Of a stretch of 64,000 nucleotides of DNA, positions 1 through 12,984 are shown one piece after another. Position numbers and translations under genes: made by a program. The DNA comes from Spironucleus salmonicida. Its lineage: Eukaryota. The DNA lies in NCBI RefSeq assembly GCF_000497125.1, contig NC_090597.1, positions 1,127,797 through 1,191,796 of the forward strand, in the 5' to 3' direction. Numbering within the stretch: the stretch's first letter is position 1; every line of letters begins with the position of its first letter. The notes below the pieces were generated by a model. The model searched no databases. It saw only the letters and a list, made by a program, of their open reading frames with translations, and was not told the origin of the DNA.

Positions 1-167
1 TCGTCACGGACACCGGCGCCCACTTCACCGGGACGCTGCTCTCCTACGACCTCTACGGCAACCTGGTGCTGGACGGCGCCGCGCAGAGGCTCTCCAGCAC
101 GGAGCTGGCCCCCGCCGGCGTCACCACCATCCAGGCGTCCCGCGTGCAGTTCGTGGGGCTGCTCTGA
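1..167 (+). CDS. Sm/LSm-fold protein, 3' part (5' end outside window)
   Basis: Frame from nt 3: VTDTGAHFTGTLLSYDLYGNLVLDGAAQR...GVTTIQASRVQFVGLL*, matching Sm1 motif (G.L..yD.y.NLVL.da) and an Sm2-like strand; TGA at 165-167. Confidence 0.75.
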   Translation, partial: VTDTGAHFTGTLLSYDLYGNLVLDGAAQRLSSTELAPAGVTTIQASRVQFVGLL

Positions 168-187
168 CGTGATTCGAAGCCTCTCAC

Positions 188-1264
188 TCAGTAGGTCGCG
201 CTGACCTCCCGCGTCGTGCACTCTGCGTCCGTGAGCCGGTCGACGGAGATCAGGTGCGCCTTCTCCTCGAGGATCGGGTACCTGCTGATCCTGCCCGTCT
301 TCTTCAGCCACACGATGAGCAGCACGAGGCCCACTAGCAGCGCCGTGCAGCCCACGCCCCCGAGGGCGATGTACCCCCAGACCGGCATCCTGAACCCGCT
401 CGCCGGCTGCACCCCGGTCACGAAGGCGTAGTCCCCGAAGGCGAACACCGCCCCCACCGAGTACGCCATGTGCCGCCTGAGCTCGGCCACGCCCTGGAAC
501 CCCAGCTCGCCGGCCGCCGATCTCCCCAGGGCGTACAGGTCGCCGCCCTTGAGGTACAGCACGCCGTCGGCGGTCAGCGCGTAGGAGGCGACGCCCGAGT
601 CCACCTGCAGCGTGTCGTAGAACAGCGCCCCGGCAGCGCCCAGGTAGGTTGACGCGTTCGTGAACTGGAGGCACTCGGCCTGCTGGCGGACGTACCGGCC
701 GCGCTTGGCGACGTACACCACCATCCCGCTGTAGAGCGCCAGCACGCCGTCGAAAATAGTCAACTTGGTCACCGGGAACGGCACCTTCAAGGGGGCGAAC
801 TCGCCATTCTCGGTCGTGAAGACGCTGCCCTCGCTCAGGAGGTAGACCGTCTTGTTGCTGGCCAGGATCTGCGCTATCGGGCCGCCAAACGGCACCTCCA
901 GCGCGACTTCGGTGTGGTTGGTGCCCTGGAACAGGCCCAGCACGAGCACTGCGGCGGCGGTCTGGACAGCCAGGAAGTGGTCCGCGCAGGAGATGTTCAC
1001 CGCCGCTATGCCGTCCAGCTGGCGCAGCGGCTTCGGAGCCTCGAAGTACGTGAAGCCCTCGAACAGGTTCCTGCCCCAGGCAAGCACCCTGCCGTCCGCG
1101 AGCCCGAAGGCCCTATCCCTGCAGAGGGCCAGGTGCTCGAAGGCGGTGTCCAGCCCAGCGAAGGCGTACACGTTGGAAGTGACCTTTGGTGAGAGGGAGA
1201 GGCCCAGCTTCCCGCTGTAGTTGGAGCCGGAGGCCAGCGTGGAAGCGGCGAGGAGCGCCAGCAT
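188..1264 (-). CDS. RCC1/BLIP-II-like repeat type I membrane protein
   Basis: ATG at 1264 gives signal-like MLALLAAS; RCC1-like segments (LADGRVLAWGRN, GDLYALGRSAAGELG); C-terminal TM followed by KK; GC-rich. Confidence 0.65.
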   Translation of the reverse strand: MLALLAASTLASGSNYSGKLGLSLSPKVTSNVYAFAGLDTAFEHLALCRDRAFGLADGRVLAWGRNLFEGFTYFEAPKPLRQLDGIAAVNISCADHFLAVQTAAAVLVLGLFQGTNHTEVALEVPFGGPIAQILASNKTVYLLSEGSVFTTENGEFAPLKVPFPVTKLTIFDGVLALYSGMVVYVAKRGRYVRQQAECLQFTNASTYLGAAGALFYDTLQVDSGVASYALTADGVLYLKGGDLYALGRSAAGELGFQGVAELRRHMAYSVGAVFAFGDYAFVTGVQPASGFRMPVWGYIALGGVGCTALLVGLVLLIVWLKKTGRISRYPILEEKAHLISVDRLTDAECTTREVSATY

Positions 1265-1828
1265 TGTGATCTTTGGGGTACGGGCTGTAATGCCATATAA
1301 TAGGTGTCCCGCAGAATGGGAAAGGAAGCGGAGATCTGCAATGGTAGGGCCGAGCGCCGCACATGCGCACAAGCAGTGCTGGCTAAAGCAGCTTGGCGGT
1401 CGGTTCGTAGGTTCCACCGAGTGCGGTAGGGGCTGAGTACTGTTTCAGCCCGCCAACCGCCGCTACCACCAGGTCGCTGGATTCCGCCAGGCACGCGCCC
1501 TGGAAGGACCGGGCCGTTGGTGTCAGAGCATTACCAGGGCGGAGCAGGGCTGATAAATGGACGCGAATGGTAATAAGGCTGGCAACATAGGATACTGCAA
1601 TAAAGCGGTAGGGCTTCGAAACCCTGGCCAGCGTAATGTAGTAAAAAGGAATCACTCAGATACCTATCGCTATAACTAAGACTGAGGACATGATTTTCGG
1701 CTGAGCAGGGGTTTGCTAGTAAAGGCACGCAGCGTACATCAGGCTGGGGAAAGGCCCGTTTAAAATACCATCACATAGCGTAATACATATTTGTTGAAGT
1801 ATAATAATAATTAATTTCATTTTTAAAA

Positions 1829-4036
1829 ATGATAAAATTTCCATTAGCATTATCTTATCATACGATTAATCTCTATTTGTTTATACTATTTAGTGAAGGT
1901 ACAAGTAGGTTGTCTTATTTTATACTATAAGGAATATTAAATGTCTTTGTCACTAAAGGAAGATTACGAAATGTAGTCATAAATAAAAAACTCTATAGTA
2001 TAATAATTATTATATTCTAATAGACGCATTGATTATCAATGAATGGATGAAATAGCTAGTACAAATAAGTTTAATCAGTAAATTTGTTGCTAATATTAAT
2101 TTGTTATATAAAGTTAATTTTTATATTTTACCTAAAATAACTCATATAAAAATTACAACTAAAGGTATTTCTAGAAAATTGACTCGCTTCATCTGTAGCT
2201 AAAATATTTCGAACTTAATTAATTATAATTATAAATAACTAATTATTTTACAACTAAATAAACCTAATTATTAATTTAATTTGATTCGGAATATCTTATG
2301 ATATATTGTAAAATATCATGCAACACATTTATAGGATATTTATTATCTTTTACTTCAATGCATTTCTACAAGTATTAAATACTTATGTAAAATAGTAGTA
2401 ATTATTAATATCTTTATTCTAGTACGCATACACATTGATGATGAATTAATTAATATTATGTTACGGTATTATTTTATAATACTCAAAAATGATGACCACA
2501 ATATTAGCACTAAATTGCTTCACTAATACATCAGTGATATATAGATAATAAACATAAGAGCTGGAGATAAGTGGCTTATTTAATTAGGCATTAAGCTTAG
2601 TAGATAAATAATCATGCGATGTATTTATTGGAGAGAGTATTAAAGTCTATATATAAATTGGTGATCTCGTATTTTAGTCTGATTATTAAATGTATAACCC
2701 TACACAATTAGTATCATCTTTGAGTAAAACCGTTGGGGATTTAACAAAAATTAACTAATTCTCAGTAGCTTCTTTTACTATAAGTACTAAAGAAAATAAC
2801 ATTTAACAAGCTGGTATATCAATACATTTTAGTACCAGAATATTTGATAGAACAAATTGTTTTAAAAATGTAAATATGCTATATAATGCTTCCACAAATG
2901 AAGTTATTTTACAAAAAGTACCTTAAATACTTTGTGATTTTCAAACTGATGGAGCTGTTGAATCAACTGTTTTTGTTCGTATAGAAACTCAATATGAAGC
3001 GATACTAACTGTAAGTTTAGCAAATAACTATGTTGATTGGTTTCTAACTAATACTACTTGCGATACGCCATCATGTACATCCTATATATAAGAATTTTAA
3101 TCGTTACTTGTTCCTCTTGGATATTATAATGTAAAAATTCCTTAAAAATTTACTAAAAAAACATAAGCATATGCACCACAAGGGTCGCTTGTAGAATAGG
3201 ATACAGAGTTTACTATTAATTTAGTATTACGATAACCTATTACATAGTTTATGTCTTAAGAATAAATTCCTACTATTTCTGATCCTATAATAAGGCCATT
3301 ATATAAATCAATTGAACTTAAATAGACAATCACACCTTCTCCTTCGGAACTATATGAAGATTATGATGAATTCCTTATTAAGATATGTGTAGCTGCTAGT
3401 AATAGCAATTCATCAGACTCATATTGCTTTGCTCATTCTGATCCTAAGTTTCATTCTTATGAAACTTTTACATTTCGATGTGATCAACAGAAATTTTATA
3501 CATATGAAGAATGCATTCGAAGATTGCTTGTAATAAGTAATTATCCTGATACTTAGATAGGAATTGTTTTCTACGATATGTATAAGAATGATGTTATGAT
3601 GGAATCTTTTAAATATTATTCTACCGTAATGCGCAATAGTTTTAGCCATGTTGTATTAACATGCACATCAACATACGCTTGTATTTAGTTTACTATCAGA
3701 GAAAGCTTCATAATATAATAAAGAATTGATGAATTTATTTTATAGTGGACTACATCTGCTGGTACACATCGATTGTCAAATGTTTTCAAATATCCGAATG
3801 CAGAAGGATAATATTGCTTTCCTTCAAATATCAGTTCACTAAATGAACTTACAGATAAAAACACTACAGAATTTATCATTTATATTGGTAATTAGTATTT
3901 ATTTATTAATTCAGTTGATGACCTTATATGCCCTGAAATTTTTACATATGGTATAATAACTATGTTTGTTCTTTTTATATTAATAGGTGGAGGCCTACTC
4001 TTGATCATGCTACTCCGGACTCGATTAAAAAAGTGA
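1829..4036 (+). CDS. Hypothetical single-pass membrane protein (735 aa, TAR=Gln)
   Basis: ATG 1829 in frame with AAG TGA at 4034-4036; scattered Cys; C-terminal hydrophobic segment (IITMFVLFILIGGGLLLIMLL) then RTRLKK; interior only partly translated. Confidence 0.7.
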
Positions 4037-4279
4037 TATTATTTTCCAAATTCTAATTTATGGATTCTATTATTACTTTACTTATTAATGCTTATATATA
4101 TGACAATTGAATCCTTAAACTACTAGTCAGAATGTGGCTTTATATTAAAAAAAATCAACAAATAATTACCAGAGAATTTAAATATATATCATTAGCATAA
4201 TTTTATATTCATTTTTTTTATGATATCTATAAAATAAATTACAAAACACGACTCCTTGTAATTTTTGCAACCAAACCAT

Positions 4280-5215
4280 TCACTCTATCTCATTATGACC
4301 CTTTTTATCCTATTTCTAAAGATCTTCCTTCTCCTAATCTAATATTTCTTCTTATTTCCCCCTATAAAGATTTTCACCAACTAAACCATCCTGCATAATA
4401 ACACCATCAACACCCCATTTTTAAAACCCAAGCTTCTACTAAAGTGCTTCCAGCTCTACTAATTTCTTAGAGTAAAATATGCGATGCTACTCGAAGTCGA
4501 AGCGTACCTTTTATACTGAGTCAGTAAATCCAGCCATTTCCACGTTGTTCAGGCTTACTGTATTTTCGATCTTTTTTAGATCAAGCAAATCATTCTTGAT
4601 TTATGCCCTCATAACTGCGAAAAATGGGACGTAAAAACTGTCCAAAAACTACTTATTTTTAACACTCAGATCAGTCTAGTTGAGCATATCCTGTAGCTTC
4701 CATTCTTAAAGTGCAATTTAGCGCTCAAACTGACCGACTGGTACCATGGTACCGTGAAGCAAATCTAAGAAACACGTCTGTGAGCTGTTGCTTGTTTGTA
4801 ACATGCCTATTTTTGACCCCACACGGACGCCTAGATTTTTCAAGTTTTCAAAGACATTGTTGACTTCGTGTTTGAAATCCTTAGTATAATAGCAGTGCTA
4901 GAAGAAATTTCTCAGGTTCAGTTCGTTTTTGTATAAAAACTACGATTCCAAAACTAGTGTGAAAAACCACCAAAAAGCTTACTAATCAAAATCAGTTATT
5001 GTACCAAATAGTCCTGGAAATTAGACGTATTTTTGTGGGAAAAGCGGTTAGTTCGAAAATTGCATGATCTGGAGCCCTGTACGCTCAAAAATCTGATTTT
5101 AGTAAATAAACAGAGCTAGAAAATTTCTATTCTAATCTAATCTTACTGAAGAAGGTTCAATATGTTGCAACTCTGTATTTTTCATAATATTCGAGATCTC
5201 CTCGTTTGTGAGCAT
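4280..5215 (-). CDS. Hypothetical protein (311 aa)
   Basis: Continuous frame MLTNEEISNIMKNTELQ...HNEIE* with TAR=Gln; ends GAG TGA. Confidence 0.7.
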
Positions 5216-5329
5216 TTTTAGATAAAATGACTAAAATTAGATATTATATAATAATACTAATAATAATTAATATTTAAAAATCAAAAAATATTATTAATAT
5301 TATTATGTGATGATAATCTTATAATAATA

Positions 5330-5641
5330 TCACAGAAAATTACCATTTACGCCCTCGCTGATAACGTAGAAAACAAACACAATAGCGATGAACAGGAAGC
5401 AGTTTACCATCAAACTGACACTCATTGCGGCATCTTGTTTTCTAGAAATTTTAGTTAGCTGTGCCCTGTCTGCGCGGATTATCGTCAGGTTCGGCGTTTA
5501 GAGTCTCAACATTTCGAGCCTCTCGTCTGCGAGCTCAATTTTTGTGGCAAAATCATCAATTTTCTCATTAATTGAATCCAAGTTCGATATCAAAAGCTCA
5601 GAACGCGAATACAGCTGATTTGCAAATTCATCTAGTTGCAT
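5330..5641 (-). CDS. Small tail-anchored coiled-coil protein, SNARE-like
   Basis: MQLDEFANQLYSRSELLISNLDSINEKIDDFATKIELADERLEMLR heptads, then C-terminal TM (VSLMVNCFLFIAIVFVFYVI); C-rich motif upstream. Confidence 0.6.
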
Positions 5642-5701
5642 TTTCAAAATTGAGGAGTGGAAATATATATTAAATATTATATAATAATAATATTTAAACT
5701 A

Positions 5702-6046
5702 ATGATGACGAAAATCAAAATTCCAGAAGGCAACATACGAATTAATGGTAAATAAGTTTCTGTAGTTATCCTACTAGAATTATACGATGTATAAAAATTT
5801 TTTGACACTGAGATCTTTATTCGTGATGGCGAATTATAATTTTTATAGAACTCTGACCTTTAAGATGTATTAGAATTAAGAGTTGCATAAATTATAGCAT
5901 ATATTGAGATTTTGTCCAAATATGATGATTAAATTTCAGAATTAGATAAATTTGATTAGTTTATTGCCTATTATGAGAAAAACGAAGGGAATAAAGAATT
6001 AATGCAGGACGAGCTGGTTAAAAATTTAAAAGATTAATTGAAGTGA
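5702..6046 (+). CDS. Hypothetical protein (114 aa)
   Basis: ATG ATG ACG AAA ... AAG TGA open with TAR=Gln; divergent from the SNARE-like gene. Confidence 0.6.
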
Positions 6047-7409
6047 TGATGATTATGATGATTAAAGTTAGAGGATGTGACTTTACCTTATCTATCTATA
6101 AGATATAATTATCCAATAAGTTTTATGTATAGAACCAAAATTATCTATCCATTCAAAGATTATTATTCCCTAAACCCCATATTTTTAACGAAAACTAGCA
6201 TGAAACATGTTTATATTATATTTTTTAAACCGTCTTAAAAAATTATATTCGATAGATGTTTGCTGTCACCTAAAATTATTTAAGATTCGTTTTCATCTGC
6301 GTTTTTGAATATACTTGTGTATATCTATGAATAATTTATGTGACAACTCCAACTATAATCTACGACGTCTGGAAGGAGTCTTAAACTCGACATTAATTCT
6401 TAATATATTATATTGCACTTGTTAAATTTAGTGAGTGATAGGGTACTATCCATAAATTCTATGTTTATATGATTAATTACTTATTACTAAGTAAATTTAA
6501 AAGGTGAGCGATAACTATCTATCAAATTAAGGTACTTATGTATTTTAATATAATCATAATAATATTTGATCAGTTTTTCGTAAAAAGTTGAAAATTATTT
6601 CTATACGAATATTCTATCATATATCTTTAATAATTAATAGAATTATAAATAACAGGAAATTAGTGAGACAAATTAATACTATATTATTTAGGTAATTATT
6701 AAGGATTATTATTGTATTCTTTTCAAAAATGAAGTTGCATTCAGAGTTTACTGTAATCAACAAGATGCTTATGTGCTAAAAGAACAGGATAATAAAATAT
6801 AGCTAAAATCTATATATTGATTGCTGGGAAAGCTATGATAGTGAATATGAAATATCTATGTGAATAAAACCAAAAGTTTTAGTCAATACTATTTTAATAC
6901 TTTACCTTCCTGTATACTGTTTTGGTATATTTATTCTGTATATTAAGATTGACTTGTTATAATTAGATTAATATTTCACATTTATATAAAAATATCATTT
7001 CAAATGAAATCTAAGACTCCTAATATCAACAAGTACTATAATTTTCAGTCAACTAATAAATAAAACGTCAATATCCTAGTTTAACTCAGAGCACTAGTTC
7101 ATTAGTAAAGTTAAACGCCTAAATCTATATATAAAGTGAATTACTCACAACTCTTGTATCAGACAATATGCATATTACAAGGAGAGCAGGTGAATCAATT
7201 TATTATGTTTTATTTGTATTTTATTATTATTTTTTGATTCAATTACTTTACTATTTAGAAAAATTACTCGACAGTTGTTATAATTCATAATGTATCGTGC
7301 TAACTTACTACATTATTTGATAGTAATCCAAACATCAGCATAATTAGAATCATTATTCCCAGATATTAAACAACGTCTAACTTTATTCTTACTCTCAATA
7401 TGCATAAGC

Positions 7410-8294
7410 TCACTCCACATCAACAAAGCTCACATTCATTTAGCTATCTATTCTCCAAACTTTCATATCCGCCCCTACAACAACAATCTAATCTTCATCA
7501 AATTTACAAATTGCCTGTGAGCAACCAATATCTTACTTAAAAAAGCTTTTTATTTCATTTTCGCTCTCCTATATCTTAAATACATGTAAAGTTTTCGAAC
7601 TGCTAGTTACAGCGATAATATCATTTTCCCCAAAAGCTATACTATTAATACAGGCCTATGTATGCCCTCTACGTAATTCACAATATTTACGCTATGAATG
7701 TACACTCCAAATTCTAATGATAGTTCCTTTTTCAGAAGCTGTTGCCAGATATTTCCCATCACTGGATAATTAAATATGTTAAATGGGTGATTTATGTAGA
7801 TTTGAAAGAAACTTAGAATAGTCATTTTCGAAAAATACTTTTACAGAAGATGGGATATTTCCTAAAATTGCAAAATGCTGTGTTGAAGAAATGGCCCCCA
7901 TTGGATTAGGAGCAGTTTCATATGTTTATAGAATTGCCATATCATTAAGATTCAATATCGATGTTTTTAAATGCTCTACAATGATAATAGTGGAACGCGT
8001 TAGATTTATTTAAAGTATTTTTGACTCAAACGAATGTTCACCAAGAAATCGTTACGATTGATCATCATATAAGGATAATAAATTGTCAGATGCCAAAGCT
8101 GTAATTGAAGATTTGAAAAGCAAAGATGCTATGTTGAAATTTGTCGCAAATTCTGTAGAGTATAAATGCTTAACTGGTTTGGTACTGAATACAGAAAATC
8201 CGCGTCTTGTAGTAGTGATAAAACAGGAAGCATCCTAATTGAATTACACAGAGGTGATTGGATACTGATTATTACCTTTCGACTAGATTTACAT
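7410..8294 (-). CDS. ATG18: PROPPIN WD40 phosphoinositide-binding protein (Atg18/WIPI family)
   Basis: Motifs FNQDASCF, TAPNPMG, LSSDGKYLATASEKGTIIRIW, ELRRG (L/FRRG lipid-binding motif), SSSKTLHVFK. Confidence 0.9.
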
Positions 8295-9765
8295 TTCGTG
8301 GAAAGATCTATCAATTGTATTAAATGCAACTTATTTATTAGAAATTAATCTATTATTAATATTTAACTATTATCAACTATTATATACTTAAAAAGCAAAT
8401 TCTATTAATAAATCAAAGTATCTTTTACTCTTTACTCCTGGCGTACCATTATAATGCCCATAAACTACAATCAATTGAATCATGAGTGAAATAATTCAAG
8501 TCTACGATAAATAGTTTATTATTTTTGCTAATTACGCAGTCAAACGCTAAAAGATCTAATTTAAAAATACTATATAACTATTAGCTTATTAATCTTAACT
8601 ATTAATAAATTAAAGCCGAAACTGATATATTTATACCGTAAATTTTACTTTTATCAATTTAGCTATCAAAATTTATCGGAAGCTATTTCTAAATTCTTGC
8701 TTCAGCATAAACCAGTTCTTCAAAAACACAATAAGCTTTTATCATAATATCGGTATCAATTAGCGATTAACAGTGATTATCTGGATCAAAACTTTCTGAT
8801 ATACGCATTTTGTGAGAAAGTTTATCTCCTGCAGCTTTATTAGATTTGATAATAAAATACTAAGATTTTTGAAAGGGTAAAAACTTAGTTAATTACGAAT
8901 TTTATAACTATTTGAAAGTTAAATCTCTATTATATAGTATTGACTGCGGTAGAAAACCAATATGATCGTAATATTGTGATTTTTACAATATGGGAAATTT
9001 CGCTACTTTTTATGGAATATCATCTACTTGTATATTTATTCCATGTTATTTAAAAAAAATTATAACTTTTTATAATTTTTGATCATTTAATTTTATTTTT
9101 GGAGCTATAATAAGAACTTCATTCATTCTATAAATATATAATGAAAACATATAATAATTACGTTAGAGAGAATAACTTTGAGAAATACTAAATATACTTT
9201 TATGATAAATAAATTCATTTTTGTTGACCCTTACTTTAATATAAAAAATATTTATATTTATATTAATTATAATAACCTAAGGTATTTTGAACTAGAAATA
9301 ACTACAGTAAGATCAAACTAGAACCTTTTAATAAGAAACTCAATCATCCTTGCGGCGTGCTGTTAGAGCCTCATCAGTTAATTCCAATCCATTTAGATAA
9401 ATCTAACTACTATTAAATTGCTTCATTTTCGTTCTTTATGAAACTAGTGTTTATAATTTATCCTGATTTTACAACACGGGAGGAAGTGTGCCCAGGGAGA
9501 ATAATCTATTTGGTTATGCATTAAATCCTTAATGTTTTTTGTGTAATAGACTAATTTTATACTTTGCTCGATTAGTCAATTTCATTTATAAAGTGAAAAT
9601 CAAAATAATAATGACATATAATATAGTTATGTCTCTTTCATCATATTTGATTACATTATATAGTAAGATAGACGATCTAGCTAACTGTAATGTACACTAT
9701 TTTTTGTATATTCCTTATTATAACGTTATACTAAGATCTATGTTTTATTGTGTTTTCGCAAAAGG

Positions 9766-9861
9766 GAGCACGACTAGGAATCGAACCCAGGTCTCTTAAA
9801 TCTCTAAGTAACATTACTAAATGTATACGGTTTAAGAATGTTACCATTACACTACCGCACC
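9766..9861 (-). tRNA. Atypical tRNA-like gene with ~25-nt insertion in the anticodon loop; isotype unresolved
   Basis: GGTGCGG TA GTGT-AATGGTA-ACAT T CTTAA [32 nt] TTAAG AGAC CTGGG-TTCGATT-CCTAG TCGTGCT C; intact A and B boxes; TTTT just downstream. Confidence 0.65.
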
Positions 9862-10060
9862 CGAATATAAATAGTTTATAATAAGTATTACTAATACAAA
9901 TCTTATAAGTTATTTTGATATAAAACTATATCCTTACATTCTAAAAAGTATAAAACATACATCTCTGTTTTAACACATAAAAATCATCTATCTTATTTTG
10001 TCAAAACATATATTAATTTATATTATATATAATAACTATCTTTATTTTGCTCCATTCCCT

Positions 10061-11257
10061 ATGATGCTAAATTGTGAAACTGTCAACGTAACAGACAATA
10101 AAAAATGCGACCTTTGTGAGGATCAATTCTCTCTTTCCGTAGATTAATCATCGTGTACATCTTGCACTTCAGTTTCTCTATCCTGTACCTGCAACTCCCA
10201 CTCTATTTCCTCCTGCACTTCCTGCAAGAACAATACTTGTGGTTCATGCTTACCAAATTACACATTATTTAATAATACATGCTCATAGTCTTGTACCGTT
10301 CCGTTTTGCAAAGTTTGCAATCCCACAGATGTCAAAAAATGCACATCCTGCAAGACCTTCTATTTTGTCTAAACTGATGCCACATGTGCAAAATGTCCCG
10401 ATAATTGTGAAACTTGCAACTCCAGTTCGTGTCTTACCTGCTCTTCAGGATATGGTATATCCAACAAGAAGTGTTTGCCATGTCCAAGAAACTGCAAAAA
10501 CTGCGTTTCCCAAACTTGCAATTCGTGTTTTGACGGTTACGTTTTGTCCAACAATTCCTGCATTGCCTGCCCTTTAAATAACGCAATTAGCGCACTTTTC
10601 ACATCAGCATGCCCATGTGGATTGGGTAAAAATTGTGCAAACTGTGGAGTTAAAGGATGTGGTAACTGTCTGGTGGGTTATCATTTGTCAGCGATTACCT
10701 GCACAAAATGTCCTGACCAAACGACTTAAATAGGCCCTAAAGCTTTTTGTAAAACTGAACTATGCCGGGACTAGAACTGCATCGATTGCCAATATAAGAA
10801 AAACGTTTGTCGGCTATGCCAAAATGGATTTGAAATTAACGCTATTGGTAAATGCGTATAAGTTTGTTAATAAACGTTGAAAATGAATGAGTATTGCAAT
10901 AACGGTAAAGTTAGTCCCTGTGACAGCAAATAGAACATTGGAGCGTGTTACTGCACCGGCGCAGAAAACTGTCAATCCTGCGATACAACTGGAAACAATT
11001 GTGCAAAATGCTTTTTGGGATATAAATAGAATAAGGATGGAAAGTGCGTAGAATGTGACAAAAACTATCTTTATGAACCTGGGAACTTACGCTGCAATCC
11101 TCTAGATGTAGAAGTTATCAGCGGCGCTGGTATCTCTGCCATTGTCTTTGCATGCCTATGGGTGATCGGCGGTATCGCTTACGGCATTTTCAGGTATAAA
11201 AAATTTTGCAAAATAGAAAGGGCTTTCATTTCTGGAAAACCTGAAAAGATAGAGTGA
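10061..11257 (+). CDS. Cysteine-rich membrane protein (CXXC repeats, CRMP/VSP-like)
   Basis: Dense CXXC/CXC; C-terminal TM GISAIVFACLWVIGGIAYGIF then RYKK...PEKIE*; 398 aa with TAR=Gln. Confidence 0.85.
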
Positions 11258-11298
11258 AAATTGTATTATATTATATAATAGTATATTCAAGTTGTTGA

Positions 11299-12768
11299 TA
11301 CTTTTTTAAACTAAAACTATATTTTTGCGATTAACTCTCCTCCTGCGTCTGCAACAGCGGCACCCCCAAACCATCCTCCCTTCCTGGGTGCCTCAAGTGC
11401 GCGCAGGCCAACACCTGCACTGAGTGTGCTTCTGGCCTTTTCCTGAGCACCAATACCTGCGTAGAGAACTGCCCTAGCGGTACCTACGTGACCGCCAGCG
11501 CCCAGTGCATCGCCTGCTCCAACTCTACGCCAGCTATCGGCTGCATCTGCGGGAAGCAGGCGGTCCAGTACTGCGTCTCCTGCGATAAAAACTTGTGCAA
11601 CACATGTCACATAAACTTTGAGCTCGACTCCAATACCCATAAGTGTGTCAAGTGCAAGAAGGGCTTCACCTCTCCAGACGGTAAGAGCTGTATCGAGTTC
11701 AACTGCCCCGATGACTGCCTAACCTGTGCGGACCCGAAAAAGTGTGATTAGTGCGAGCTGACGTTCACGTTAAACACAGGCAACAGCTGCACGCCATGCT
11801 TCGCGAATTGCGGCAAGTGTACGATTAACATGGGTACAACTGAGGTTCCAGCTCCGACGACCTGCACAACCTGCCTAGATGGGTTCTTCATCCAGAATGG
11901 CGGACTGCACTGTCAGGAGTGCGGTATCAAGAGCTGTAAAACATGTACCCATACCACACTCCCGTTCCCAATCATCACCTGTGACACGTGCACGGATGGG
12001 TACCATCTGGAGGGCGGGTTTTGTGTTATTTGCTCACCCAAGTCGAGCATCAACTTGGCATCCAAGGTTTGTACGTGCGGATCAGATACGACCGGGAACT
12101 GCGGGAACTGCTCCAGCAACAGCGATCACTGTGGGTACTGCTTGATTGGATATGGGCTAAATTTGGACGGGACGTGTACGAAATGCGCAGGAGTGTTTCC
12201 AGTTGTTGGGCCTCTCGGTAATTGCGTCAGTAACGAGACCTGCTTCGATGTTTAGTGCGTGGACTGTGGGAACTCGATAGATAGCTGTCGTAAATGCCGA
12301 GATGGGTTCTAGCTAGATATAACCGGGGTTTGCGTCAAGATCTGCACAATCAAGTTATAAAATGGACAGTTTTGCCGACAGAACGAGGATCTTACAATAG
12401 ACCCAGTTGTAAATTTCTGCCCAGTAGATGGGCCTCTTATATAAACAATCACCACCGCCTGCTACTGTGGTGGCACAACCGAGAATTGTGCTAACTGTAG
12501 CGGCTCGACGATAAATCAGTGTGGTTCGTGTTTGAAGGGGTATAGTTTAGATGAGGATCATAACTGCAGTCTCTGTGCGTCAGGTTATCAACGTGACATG
12601 AGCAATTTGCTATGCGTCCCATCGGGAGGAAATTCTAGCTCCGGCCTGTCCTTGGGATGGATAATTGGGATTTCGGTAACCGGGTGCCTGCTTTTGTGCA
12701 CTCTGATAGTTGGGTTGATAGTTTGGTTTGTCAGAAGGGGCAAATAGGAATATACGAGAATCAGATGA
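11299..12768 (+). pseudogene. Cysteine-rich membrane protein copy lacking its N-terminal ATG
   Basis: Same CXXC frame as 18083-19591, but in-frame TGA at 11296-11298 and no ATG before the first Cys repeats; ends RRGKQEYTRIR*. Confidence 0.65.
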
Positions 12769-12971
12769 GTGATGCCACATTGTCTCGATTTTGGTTGGCA
12801 CAGAGCCTAATAACTGTGACAATGCGATTTACCATAAGTAGATTTAGTGATGAGATCGTTCGAATAAATTGATTGAAATCGTATTGCTGCTGCTATAATT
12901 TGTATACCCCAGCATTGTATATTATGTATGGGTTTACAACTTATATATATTAAGCGTCTATTTACTTAAAA

Positions 12972-12984
12972 ATTCCCTTCCACA
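12972..12984 (+). promoter_or_regulatory. C-rich start-proximal element (example)
   Basis: ATTCCCTTCCACA immediately before ATG 12985, preceded by an AT-rich TATATATT tract; similar motifs precede many genes here. Confidence 0.5.

Noticed and set aside
1265-1417. N-terminal extension of the RCC1-like ORF
   Set aside because: Non-ATG start; ATG 1264 gives a signal-peptide-like N-terminus
8300-9760. Possible ORFs in AT-rich stretches (also 6050-7400, 20500-21400, 23800-25200, 46910-47700, 49600-50500)
   Set aside because: With only TGA as stop, open frames arise by chance; no motif or consistent frame could be supported
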